A DNA stretch of 40,731 bases from an uncultured Nitrosopumilaceae archaeon. GTDB lineage: Archaea > Thermoproteota > Nitrososphaeria > Nitrososphaerales > Nitrosopumilaceae. The stretch is from NCBI GenBank assembly GCA_964447595.1, contig CAYUTC010000001.1:1-40731 (forward strand), written 5' to 3'. The notes beneath the pieces were generated by a model. The model was not told the origin of the DNA and did not search any database. It was given only the letters and a program-made list of their open reading frames with translations. Positions 17,343-26,682 of the stretch are shown here, piece after piece. The position numbers were made by a program, and so were the translations under genes. Numbering within the stretch: the first letter of the stretch is position 1; each line of letters opens with the position of its first letter.

Positions 17343-18713
17343 ATGTCAGATATTGACAAGCTACGAGATAAGATAGACAAGATAACATTCGATATTTTAC
17401 GATTATACAAAGAACGAAATGACATTGCAAAAGAAATTGGCAGCTTAAAAAACAATATGGGTCTGAGCATTACAAACGAGCAAAGAGAAAACCAGCTCAG
17501 AGTAAAAATAATGTCTCTATGCAAAGAGATAGGCCTTGATGAAAAAACAGGTCTTAACATGTTGAATTTTCTTTTAAACGAATCAATCAAGGTACAGTCA
17601 TCGAGCAAACAAACGCATCTCACCGTATTTCTCAAAGCTAAACAACTGGAAAATCAAGGAAAAAAAATAATTCACATGGAGGTAGGTGAGCCAGATTTTG
17701 TTCCGCCAAGTCTGGTCAAGACAGCACTTGCCGAAGTCTATGAAAAAGGATACACCAAATATGGAGATTCAAAAGGAATGCCAGAGTTTAGAGAAAATCT
17801 TTCATTATATGTGAATCGTACATTTGGTGCAAAAACAAGCTCACAAAATATTCTGGTCTCTCCAGGAGCAAGATTTTCAGTATTTCTTGCAATATCCGCT
17901 CTACTAAATCCTGGAAACGAGATGATAGTAATTGAACCCGCATGGCCTGCATACAGAGACAATGCGCTAAACTGCGGAGTAAAGGTCAGGACAATTAATA
18001 CCACACTGGAAAATAAATGGGAACCAAAGATAGAAGAAATTGAGAGTGTTGTCAACTCAAATACAAAGATGATAGTTCTCAACTATCCAAACAATCCCAC
18101 TGGAAAAATACTTTCAGAAAAGTTGATGAACCAAATAGTACAGGTTGCAATAAAAAATAATCTCTACCTGTTAAGTGATGAGATCTATTCCAGTTATGCA
18201 TTCAACAAATGGAAAAGTGTTCTTTCGTACGAATATGACAAATCAATTATCACACAATCGTTCTCAAAATCGCATGCCATGACTGGATTTAGAATAGGAT
18301 ACACCGTAACAAATCCGGATATCGTAGACAAGATGTCAAAATTGCAAGCACTTGCACTAACCAATGTCTCTGAACCTACCCAATATGTAGCTATGAGGGC
18401 CCTTGAGGCAGACACCACCAATAATACTAAAACCATGAAAAAAAGACTAGAAACCGTGGTAAAAAGAGCAAAGGAAATGGGTCTTGATTTTGTGGAACCA
18501 GATGGTGCCATGTACCTCTTTGCCAGAGTTCGCAGGCCAAATTTTGACTCGGTAGAGTTTACAAACAAGCTTTTAGACTACGGGGTAGCAGTAGCTCCCG
18601 GTGAGGGCTTTGGAGACTATCATGGATTTCTTAGAATATCTGCTTGTCAACCCGAAGATACACTTAATCAAGGATTGAAAATAATGGATGATGTAATGAG
18701 GGCATTGAAATGA
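17343..18713 (+). CDS. Chorismate mutase (AroQ-like) fused to class I/II PLP aminotransferase
   Basis: N-terminal IDKLRDKIDKI...R...IG.LK...RE; C-terminal GEPDF, NYPNNPTG, SDEIY, SFSKSHAMTGFRIG. Confidence 0.88.
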   Translation: MSDIDKLRDKIDKITFDILRLYKERNDIAKEIGSLKNNMGLSITNEQRENQLRVKIMSLCKEIGLDEKTGLNMLNFLLNESIKVQSSSKQTHLTVFLKAKQLENQGKKIIHMEVGEPDFVPPSLVKTALAEVYEKGYTKYGDSKGMPEFRENLSLYVNRTFGAKTSSQNILVSPGARFSVFLAISALLNPGNEMIVIEPAWPAYRDNALNCGVKVRTINTTLENKWEPKIEEIESVVNSNTKMIVLNYPNNPTGKILSEKLMNQIVQVAIKNNLYLLSDEIYSSYAFNKWKSVLSYEYDKSIITQSFSKSHAMTGFRIGYTVTNPDIVDKMSKLQALALTNVSEPTQYVAMRALEADTTNNTKTMKKRLETVVKRAKEMGLDFVEPDGAMYLFARVRRPNFDSVEFTNKLLDYGVAVAPGEGFGDYHGFLRISACQPEDTLNQGLKIMDDVMRALK

Positions 18714-19564
18714 AAAAGAAAATTGCAATAATTGGTTCAGAAGGCCAGATGGGCAAGTGGTTTACAAAATACTTTCTAGAAAAAGGCTTTGAGGTCATAG
18801 GATATGATGCCGAAAAAGAAATTTCAAACAAGTCCATTACAAAAGCACAGTCTCTTGTTGGGGCAATCCTACCTGCAGATTATGTTATACTTTGCATTCC
18901 TGTAAAACGCACTCCTGAGACCATAAGGCTGATTGCCAAAGAAATGAAAAGAGATTCTCATCTTATCGATATTGCGTCACTTAAGCTAAAGACTGCCGCA
19001 GCACTATCAAAGATTCCAGATAAAGTAAATCCAATTTGCATACATCCCATGTTTGGTCCTGGCACCAAGAAATTAAAAGGACAAAACATAATTTCAATCC
19101 CAATTCGGGATGCAAAAAAAGAGCTTTCCGTGGCAAAATCTTTGTTTGGAGAAGCAAACTTTGTTCAAATAGATGCTACTGAACATGACAAAAAAATTGC
19201 AATAATTCTTGGTATGACTCATCTTGTAAATCTGGTACTTGCCAACATACTAGCAAAAGAAGAAAACTTTACACTGGTAGAAAAGATGGGCGGCACCACT
19301 TTCAAAGCACAAAAACTTCTCACAGCTGGAATCATGACAGAATCACAGGAACTAATTGAAACCATAATCTCAAATCCAGAAATAAGAAAATATGCAGAAG
19401 AATTATGGAAGGACATTGGCAGAATGCTCATTTTAATTCAGGAAAACAGAACAGAAGAGATTCTAAAATACATATCAAGTGCAAAAGAGAGGCTTGCAAA
19501 AAATATAGACCTTGATGACTCGTACAAAAAATTGGTCACCATGGTAAATTCTGTTGAAAAATAA
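18710..19564 (+). CDS. tyrA: Prephenate/arogenate dehydrogenase
   Basis: IIGSEGQMG Rossmann loop, DIASLK, HPMFGP, EHD...LGMTH. Confidence 0.9.
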   Translation: MKKKIAIIGSEGQMGKWFTKYFLEKGFEVIGYDAEKEISNKSITKAQSLVGAILPADYVILCIPVKRTPETIRLIAKEMKRDSHLIDIASLKLKTAAALSKIPDKVNPICIHPMFGPGTKKLKGQNIISIPIRDAKKELSVAKSLFGEANFVQIDATEHDKKIAIILGMTHLVNLVLANILAKEENFTLVEKMGGTTFKAQKLLTAGIMTESQELIETIISNPEIRKYAEELWKDIGRMLILIQENRTEEILKYISSAKERLAKNIDLDDSYKKLVTMVNSVEK

Positions 19565-19969
19565 TTGAACTCCACTAGAATTGTAACTGTCTTTTTAACT
19601 CAAAACGGTAAATATCTCATTTTAAAACGGAGTGACAGAGTAAAGTCCATGAAGAATCTCTGGGCTGGAATAAGTGGAATCATAGAGGGAAAGGAGGACC
19701 CTCTTTACAGAGCAAAAAGAGAGATTCTAGAAGAGACGGGCATTGCTGAAAACAAAATTACACTTCTCAAGTCTGCACCTTCCATTAGAATAGACTCTCC
19801 GCAGTATGCAAATCATGAGTGGCAGGTATTTCCCTTTTTGTTCTCAGTTCAAAATCCCGTGATTGCATTGAACTGGGAAAATCAAGAATACAGGTGGATA
19901 ACACAGGCTGAAATTAATCAGTATGATACTGTTCCAAGTCTTGAAAAGGTCCTAGCTAGTCTGTTATAG
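19565..19969 (+). CDS. NUDIX hydrolase
   Basis: G.IEGKEDP..RAKREILEETGI Nudix box and LNWEN motif. Confidence 0.88.
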   Translation: MNSTRIVTVFLTQNGKYLILKRSDRVKSMKNLWAGISGIIEGKEDPLYRAKREILEETGIAENKITLLKSAPSIRIDSPQYANHEWQVFPFLFSVQNPVIALNWENQEYRWITQAEINQYDTVPSLEKVLASLL

Positions 19970-21283
19970 TTTTTCGATTTCCTCTGGAGTGTTATAGCGT
20001 TGCTGTGGCAGCATTATGTAGACACACGCTCCACCACACATAGTACATGGTACTGTATTTCCCCTCAATTGGCCTGTTCGTGCGTGTATTTTAGCAGCTT
20101 CTTCTGGGTCTATTGATAAAGCAATTTGCTTTTCCCAGTTCAGGGTTCTTCGTGCCTCAGTCATCTCCATATCCCACCTTATCGCTTTTTCTCGCAGCTT
20201 GACTAAATCTGCAGCATGTGCTGCAATTCTATATGCAATCAATCCAGCCTTTACCTCATCAGCTGTTGGCAATGCCAAGTGTTCAGCTGGAGTAAGATAG
20301 CATAACAGGTCAACTCCCTCGCTTGCCGATATTGCAGCACCAATTGCACTAGCAATGTGATCATGGCCAGATGCAATATCTGTCACAAGTGGTCCCAGCA
20401 CATAATATGGCACATCACCAATGAGAGATTTTGCCAGTCTGACGTTAGCTGCAACCTCATTTAATGGAACATGACCTGGTCCTTCCACCATTACCTGGAC
20501 ATCTTTTTCATGAGCCCGTTTTGTTAGTCTTGAGACGTTTATCATTTCCTGAACCTGTAGCTCATCATGTGAATCAAGTATCGATCCCGGTCTTAGTGCG
20601 TCACCCAAGCTAAAAGTTACATCATGTTGTCTTGCAAGCTCAATTAGATAATCAAAATGCTCAAAGTATGGATTTTCTTTGTCATACTTTAACATCCATG
20701 CAGCAGTAATGGTACCACCCTTGCTTACTATTCCTGCATGTCTTTTTACTGCTAGAATTCTTTTTGCAATATCCTTTGTAATGCCAGAATGTATTGTGGT
20801 ATAATCTACACCATCTTTTATGTTGTGTTCAAATGCTTTGAGAAAATCATCTTCAGTGATATCAAGAGGGTTCTTGTGTTTTTCCACTCCATAGCTATAT
20901 GCTTCGTATACTGGAACAGTACCAAATGTTATAGGAGCTGCATCCATGAGAGTTCGTCTAAAAAGACCCACATCTCCACCATCACTTAGGTCCATTATCG
21001 TATCAGAATGGTATTTTACAGCAACCTTTGCTTTTTCTACTTCCTCGTCAAGGCTCTTTGTTAAAGTAGAATTACCGATATTGACGTTGACCTTGGTTTT
21101 CATCCCTTTGCCTATTCCAACTACGTGTATCTTTTGCGGTCGTACATTGTTGTGTGGAATTATGATAGAACCGTTTGCTATCTTTGGCATGAGCCATTCT
21201 ATGGTCACTCCTTCATCTTTTGCTACTGTCTTCATTTCTTCAGTAGCAATGCCCCTGCGGGCTGCGCTCATTTGTGTGCCCAA
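19964..21283 (-). CDS. thiC: Phosphomethylpyrimidine synthase ThiC
   Basis: TKVNVNIG, MDLS, GTVPVY, SKGG, SLGDALRPG, EGPGH, LCYLTPAEHL, C-terminal CTMCGGAC. Confidence 0.97.
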   Translation of the reverse strand: MGTQMSAARRGIATEEMKTVAKDEGVTIEWLMPKIANGSIIIPHNNVRPQKIHVVGIGKGMKTKVNVNIGNSTLTKSLDEEVEKAKVAVKYHSDTIMDLSDGGDVGLFRRTLMDAAPITFGTVPVYEAYSYGVEKHKNPLDITEDDFLKAFEHNIKDGVDYTTIHSGITKDIAKRILAVKRHAGIVSKGGTITAAWMLKYDKENPYFEHFDYLIELARQHDVTFSLGDALRPGSILDSHDELQVQEMINVSRLTKRAHEKDVQVMVEGPGHVPLNEVAANVRLAKSLIGDVPYYVLGPLVTDIASGHDHIASAIGAAISASEGVDLLCYLTPAEHLALPTADEVKAGLIAYRIAAHAADLVKLREKAIRWDMEMTEARRTLNWEKQIALSIDPEEAAKIHARTGQLRGNTVPCTMCGGACVYIMLPQQRYNTPEEIEKL

Positions 21284-21340
21284 GTTACCTTTTTTACAAG
21301 TTAATCGAATTTAAACGTGAGTTTTGAGAAATGGATCTGA

Positions 21341-21949
21341 TCAAGAAAATTGACTAGAGGCAAGTGTATCAAGTGAAAAAGAAGGCATGCCATCAGTAAC
21401 TATGACGACATTAATTACTCTGTCATGATACAGGGTTGACTCGCTAGAGTCAAAGGTTACTTTACCTGATTTAATTGTAGAACTCCACTGTGGTTCAATC
21501 CAAGCTCTGTGAATTAAAGTTCCAGGACTAGTCTGGGATACCACTATGTGATTGATGTTAAGATATCCGTTATATGATATTGATATAAAGGAAGAGAACT
21601 CGTTGTTGCCCATATCAAAAATTGTAACTTTGGTTATTTTTGCGCTTGAAGTGTCAATGAGGCTGCCACCTGAATTAGCATAAGTCTGGTTTACCGCATA
21701 TGTTCCTGGAATACGTTCAAGAGGAAGAGCGCCACCATTCTTGATTTGGTTTGTCATCAGTTGTGCCACCCATTGACCCCACTCTTTTGAGTCACACAAG
21801 TGATCACCACAGATATGAATAGTACCAAAGGTGCGATATGTGAAATGATTATCATTAAAGTCCAGTCTTGGAGTAAGAGCGTTTGCCTGCGGTAAAACTA
21901 TGGCTAGCGATATAGCAGTTACCACAATTGCCATAATTGCAAGCTTCAA
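21341..21949 (-). CDS. Secreted protein with HxCGDHLC motif plus beta-rich C-terminal region
   Basis: Signal peptide ending in A-N-A, then LTPR...DNH...HICGDHLC...W; paralogous to 10258..10557. Confidence 0.8.
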   Translation of the reverse strand: MKLAIMAIVVTAISLAIVLPQANALTPRLDFNDNHFTYRTFGTIHICGDHLCDSKEWGQWVAQLMTNQIKNGGALPLERIPGTYAVNQTYANSGGSLIDTSSAKITKVTIFDMGNNEFSSFISISYNGYLNINHIVVSQTSPGTLIHRAWIEPQWSSTIKSGKVTFDSSESTLYHDRVINVVIVTDGMPSFSLDTLASSQFS

Positions 21950-22114
21950 TTGTATGGAATAACATTTTGAAAATTAAAATGATTACTAAGAAAAGATGCG
22001 CAAGCATTTTATCTTATCAACTAGTGTTTTGTTTCTACAACTATCATCTGGTAAAAAATTCGGTTCAAGTTAAAAAAAATACACCTATAATGTCAGTTTT
22101 TTTATCATAATAGC

Positions 22115-23416
22115 ATGAACGTGCTATCAGTAGCTGGCTCTGATCCTTCATCAGGTGCAGGAATTCAGGGCGACTTGAAGACATTTGCGTCACTAGGAGT
22201 GCATGGTCTAACTGTGATAACTGCACTGACAAGTCAAAATACGTCAAAATTTTTCAAAGTTTTTCCAGTGGAACCGTCGGCAATCAGGTCACAGCTCAAA
22301 TCTGTCCTATCAGACTTTAAAATTGATACAGTAAAGATTGGAATGGTATACAACAATCAAACAATCAAAGCAGTTCATAACGAGCTCAAAAATATCAAGG
22401 TGCCCATAGTTCTTGATCCAATTTTTGAATCAACTACTGGTGGAAAACTTATTTGCAATGATGCACTTGCAGATTTTAAAAAATTTCTCATGCCTATTTC
22501 GTATGTAATTACTCCCAACATACCTGAAGCAGAAAGGATTGCAGATATGAAGATAAGATCACTTGGAGATATGAAGAGGGCTGCAACAATTATCAATCAA
22601 ATGGGCCCAAAAAATGTCATAATAAAAGGTGGGCACACGCAAGAAAACCAATCTACAGACCTACTCCTTGAGAACAAGAGATTTCATGTCTTTTCTCAAA
22701 AAAGAATCAAAAAGAAAAGTCATGGTGGTGGCTGTATCTTTTCTGCTTCGTTATGTGTATCAATAGCAAGAGGAAGTTCTCTAGTCGAAGCTGCAAAATT
22801 CTCACAGCAGATTTCATATGAATCAATAAAAAACTCAGCAAAAATTGGCAAAGGTCTTGCTATAACAACACAGAAAACCAAGACGATGGAAAATGAACTT
22901 GCAAGCTCCATCAATGAATTTACCAGAGTTGAAAACATTTACCAGTACATACCAGAGTGTCAAACAAATTTTGTATATGCAAAATCAAGTCCTAGATCAA
23001 CTGAGGACATACTTGGTTTGGAAGGAAGAATAGTCAAAACAGGTGTGACGACATCAGTTGCTGGCGAGCTAAAATTTGGCGGCTCGAAACATGTAGCCTC
23101 TGCAGTTTTGGAGATGTCAAGAAAATTCCCACAGGTTCGATCTGCATTGAACATAAGATATGATGAAAAAATAATCAAAAAAGCAATTGCAAAAAAGTTT
23201 CATGTTTCATATTATGACAGAAGTTTTGAACCATACAAGAACAAGAAGAAAGATGGAACAACTATATCATGGGGTATCAAAAGTGCAATTAAAGATATCA
23301 AAACTCCACCAGACATAATATATCACAAAGGAGATGTGGGAAAAGAACCCATGACCTTGATTTTTGGCAAGACACCAAGTCAAGTCTTGACAAAGCTTGT
23401 CAAGATAATCACATAG
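22115..23416 (+). CDS. thiD: Bifunctional HMP/HMP-P kinase ThiD fused to thiamine-phosphate synthase ThiN
   Basis: AGSDPSSGAGIQGDLK, KIGM, TPN.PEA, KGGH, HGGGC; C-terminal IPECQTNF, GGSKHVA, GDVGKEPM. Confidence 0.93.
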   Translation: MNVLSVAGSDPSSGAGIQGDLKTFASLGVHGLTVITALTSQNTSKFFKVFPVEPSAIRSQLKSVLSDFKIDTVKIGMVYNNQTIKAVHNELKNIKVPIVLDPIFESTTGGKLICNDALADFKKFLMPISYVITPNIPEAERIADMKIRSLGDMKRAATIINQMGPKNVIIKGGHTQENQSTDLLLENKRFHVFSQKRIKKKSHGGGCIFSASLCVSIARGSSLVEAAKFSQQISYESIKNSAKIGKGLAITTQKTKTMENELASSINEFTRVENIYQYIPECQTNFVYAKSSPRSTEDILGLEGRIVKTGVTTSVAGELKFGGSKHVASAVLEMSRKFPQVRSALNIRYDEKIIKKAIAKKFHVSYYDRSFEPYKNKKKDGTTISWGIKSAIKDIKTPPDIIYHKGDVGKEPMTLIFGKTPSQVLTKLVKIIT

Positions 23417-23463
23417 AACTTTACATCCTCCAACATAAATACTAGATTCATAGAGTATTTTCC

Positions 23464-24165
23464 GTGAAAGCAGTAATTTTAGCTGGTGGACTTGGAACTA
23501 GACTGCAACCATATACTACCTTTCTTCCAAAAGCAATGTTACCGCTTGGCGAGAAGCCTTTGCTTGAACACCTCATCGAATGGGTAAAAAAAAGCGGTGT
23601 TGATTCCTTTGTATTATGTGTGAGCTATCTCAGAAAGACAATAGAAAACTATTTCGAGGATGGTAGCAGATTTGGTATAAAAATAGAATATGCCGTAGCA
23701 GACAGGCCTCTTGCAACTGCAGGCCAGCTTAAAACTGCAGAAGAATACATTGATGACACATTTGTCTGTGTGTATGGCGATTCCATCTTTGAATTTAATT
23801 TAAAAAATATGATAGATTATCATGTCAGAAAAAAGTCTGTTGTTACCATGGGGTTGTTCGAATACAGAACAAGACTTCAATATGGATTCATAGATATGGA
23901 TAAAAATAATCGAGTCAAGTCATGGAGAGAAAAACCAGAGGTAAAGGGAAATATCAACATAGGATGTTATGTCATGGAGCCCCAAGTTCTCAAGTTAATT
24001 CCTCCCAACAAGCCCTTTGGAATGGATGATGTCATACGAAACGCATTAAACAAAAAAGACAAGGTAAGTGGTTATGTCATCAAGAAGGGTTTCATCGATA
24101 TAGGTGACAAGATTTCATACAGACGCGCCTATCAGCATTATTTAGAAAGGCTTGGCCAAATCTAG
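23464..24165 (+). CDS. Sugar-phosphate nucleotidyltransferase (NTP_transferase), no C-terminal beta-helix
   Basis: AVILAGGLGTRLQP...PK.M.P, YGD, EKP, DIG. Confidence 0.9.
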   Translation: MKAVILAGGLGTRLQPYTTFLPKAMLPLGEKPLLEHLIEWVKKSGVDSFVLCVSYLRKTIENYFEDGSRFGIKIEYAVADRPLATAGQLKTAEEYIDDTFVCVYGDSIFEFNLKNMIDYHVRKKSVVTMGLFEYRTRLQYGFIDMDKNNRVKSWREKPEVKGNINIGCYVMEPQVLKLIPPNKPFGMDDVIRNALNKKDKVSGYVIKKGFIDIGDKISYRRAYQHYLERLGQI

Positions 24166-24174
24166 TCTTGGGCC

Positions 24175-24621
24175 ATGACAGATGTAAAGATCCGAAAACT
24201 TCAGAAAAAAGATCTCTTCAATGGATTTCTAAAATCACTTGATTCCCTAAGAAAGGCAAGTGATCTGAGTCCCAAAAAAGCTAAAACCATATTTGACAAA
24301 ATAACAAAAAACCATGATGAAATTATATACGTTGCAGTAAAAGATGGTGTTGTAATTGGTGCTGCAAGCATCATAATAGAGCAAAAATTCATCCACAAGG
24401 GAGGCAAGGTTGGCCACATTGAAGATGTCGTGGTATCAAAAAAGTTCCAAGGCAAGGGAATAGGTCAAAAAATTGTCAATGCTCTCTTGGAATACGCACA
24501 AAAACAGGGCTGTTACAAGACCATTCTTGACTGTACTGAGGAGCTTATTCCCTTCTATGAGAGAATTGGGTTCAAACGGTTCTCAAATTCAATGAGATTT
24601 GATCATCTGTCAAAAAAATAA
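24175..24621 (+). CDS. GNAT acetyltransferase, glucosamine-6-phosphate N-acetyltransferase (GNA1)-like
   Basis: IEQKFIH.GG.VGHIEDVVV...QGKGIG, GCYKTILDC, FYERIGF. Confidence 0.85.
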   Translation: MTDVKIRKLQKKDLFNGFLKSLDSLRKASDLSPKKAKTIFDKITKNHDEIIYVAVKDGVVIGAASIIIEQKFIHKGGKVGHIEDVVVSKKFQGKGIGQKIVNALLEYAQKQGCYKTILDCTEELIPFYERIGFKRFSNSMRFDHLSKK

Positions 24622-25034
24622 TCCCTTTTTGGCATCGGCTTTAACCTAAACAATAGTCCGCCAACAACCATTACAGGTATTGATACCACCATAAACAAAG
24701 TTGGAGTAATAGAAAGCTCAGATACAAGATAGGCCAGAGGTATCTTTGGCACCAAAGTTGTACTAACATAATACATTCCAATTAAGGTTACAATTCCTCC
24801 TGCAATAATTAGCGAGCCACAAAGACGTGATCCGTATCGTCGTGCCAACAAAAATGAATAGCCCGCCAATATCAATGCAGGTGCACCACTGATTGAGATA
24901 AATTCACGCATTTGTGACGACGGATCAATATCATAAGTTGGGTGAGCAAGAAAAATTGAAATCGATGCCAGCTCTGCAACAAACATAACAAACAGACCCA
25001 AGCTTGCTGCAGCTACCCATTTTTCAATTGCCAC
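24603..25034 (-). CDS. Hypothetical 4-TM membrane protein
   Basis: Four hydrophobic segments in 143 aa. Confidence 0.75.
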   Translation of the reverse strand: MAIEKWVAAASLGLFVMFVAELASISIFLAHPTYDIDPSSQMREFISISGAPALILAGYSFLLARRYGSRLCGSLIIAGGIVTLIGMYYVSTTLVPKIPLAYLVSELSITPTLFMVVSIPVMVVGGLLFRLKPMPKRDYFFDR

Positions 25035-25076
25035 AATTATTCCATTTTTTCTTCAATAAATAAACCAAATGATTGT

Positions 25077-26090
25077 CTATACTATTCCAACAAGACCTGC
25101 AAGCTCTTTTCTACATGACGAGCCTAGCTCTTCTGCGGCTTTTTCAGGAGTAACCTTGTTTAGAAAAACACCGTATCCTCTTTCAAGACCAGACCAGTAA
25201 TCTGATTGCGGATAAACTTCGATGTGCCAGTGAATTTGTCTATTGTTTTTCTTTTCTGGAGAAAGATGGAACACCATGTTATATGACGGATTCTTCATTG
25301 TACTGGACAGACCGCCAAGTGTTGCACGCAAAATTAGTGAAAGATCATTAATTTCTTTTTGAGTGATTTTGGAAAAACTTGTTGTGTGTTTCTTTGGATA
25401 TATCCAAAATTCGTATGGATGAGACGGAGCCCAAGGACAAAACGCAAGAAATCCTTCTGTTTGCAGTATCTGCCTAGGTCCACCTGTTTCTGTGCTCACA
25501 GTCTGACACATGGGACAGATACCCTTTTCATTGAGAATCTTGTGTGCAGCTTCAGCTTCCTGCTCTATCACAGGAGGGATTGTTGAAAATGTTACAATGT
25601 TAAGATGTGGATGCATTGTATACCCACCAGCCTCTTTTCCATGGTTTACATATATGGAAACGTACGTAACACCTCTTTGAGTATAAAGCCACCTAAGTCT
25701 GTCTTGAATTACAACTAAAACATTTGACCATTGTTCTACTGATATGCTTGCTAGAGAATCTTTGTGTTTTTCAGATGCAACTACAATGTAGTGGTACCCA
25801 TATGCAGGCTCGCTGTAAAGTGGTCTATCGCTATACGAATTTTCAGATGTAGTTGCAACGACAGCACTCTTGCTCTCAAAGACTCGAACAGACCAATCCT
25901 CTACATAGTAATCTTCAGTGTCTTGTAGTCTTTGTAACATACCGTCTTTTGCCACAAGTGAAAGCGAAGATGGGTTTGTCATGGATTCATTTCCTGGACA
26001 GTATGGACATTTTTTTGAATCAGTTACATGATTATCTTGTGAAACTATGACAAATCTGTCAATGACATAGTCTTTGCGAAGGTCCCCCAT
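25077..26090 (-). CDS. galT: Galactose-1-phosphate uridylyltransferase family (HIT-like)
   Basis: CPYCPGNE, AYGYHY, NHGKEAG..HPH, CPMC, HWHIEVYP, GLERGYG. Confidence 0.85.
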   Translation of the reverse strand: MGDLRKDYVIDRFVIVSQDNHVTDSKKCPYCPGNESMTNPSSLSLVAKDGMLQRLQDTEDYYVEDWSVRVFESKSAVVATTSENSYSDRPLYSEPAYGYHYIVVASEKHKDSLASISVEQWSNVLVVIQDRLRWLYTQRGVTYVSIYVNHGKEAGGYTMHPHLNIVTFSTIPPVIEQEAEAAHKILNEKGICPMCQTVSTETGGPRQILQTEGFLAFCPWAPSHPYEFWIYPKKHTTSFSKITQKEINDLSLILRATLGGLSSTMKNPSYNMVFHLSPEKKNNRQIHWHIEVYPQSDYWSGLERGYGVFLNKVTPEKAAEELGSSCRKELAGLVGIV

Positions 26091-26293
26091 GCTCTGCTAA
26101 GTTCCCGATCTGCCAATTTAAAACCTTTTCACAGATCTATAATAAAAAAGGATCAAAAGTTTGGATCTGTAAGAACTATTATGTTATAAAAAATCACATA
26201 ACACTATTTCCAGACTTTGAACACAGTTTAGAGAACTATGTTCCTGAACAAAGTATCGCAATTTTTTATTTACTTGACTACCACCATAAGAGA

Positions 26294-26581
26294 ATGTCAC
26301 GACAACAATACAGATCAGAACTTGGCATGATTTCAGACATTTTGTCGGTAATAATGTATGGTGGTAGACAAGGAGCGATAATATCTTCAATTGCAAGAAG
26401 GGCCAACCTATCACATAATGCAGTGACAGAGAAATGCCAAAAGCTGATAAATGCAGGATTGGTGGAATCTTCAAGCAATGACAGGAACCACATTTTTGTC
26501 ATTACAGAGAAAGGGATACAATTCTTTCAACACCTGCAAAAATTCACAGAAACTGTCCAGTCAATAAAAATCAGATGCTAG
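26294..26581 (+). CDS. Winged helix-turn-helix transcriptional regulator
   Basis: YRSELGMISDIL...I.RRANLS...L..AGLV...ITEKG..F pattern. Confidence 0.85.
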   Translation: MSRQQYRSELGMISDILSVIMYGGRQGAIISSIARRANLSHNAVTEKCQKLINAGLVESSSNDRNHIFVITEKGIQFFQHLQKFTETVQSIKIRC

Positions 26582-26682
26582 TGTGATACATAACCAATTT
26601 CTTTACTATTTTTGAATGATTATGATTCTGTGTCCAAATTTGATTTTGAACAAAATAAAATTAAGAATTTACTTAAAATTAC

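Noticed and set aside
17018-17635. 205-aa antisense ORF, and similar antisense ORFs such as 13690..14280, 7078..7497 and 3569..3973
   Set aside because: Shadow frames opposite well-supported enzymes.
21284-22114. TPP riboswitch upstream of thiC or thiDN
   Set aside because: No GCTGAGA or TAATxCxxGCG-type aptamer core on either strand; the intergenic DNA is short and AT-rich.
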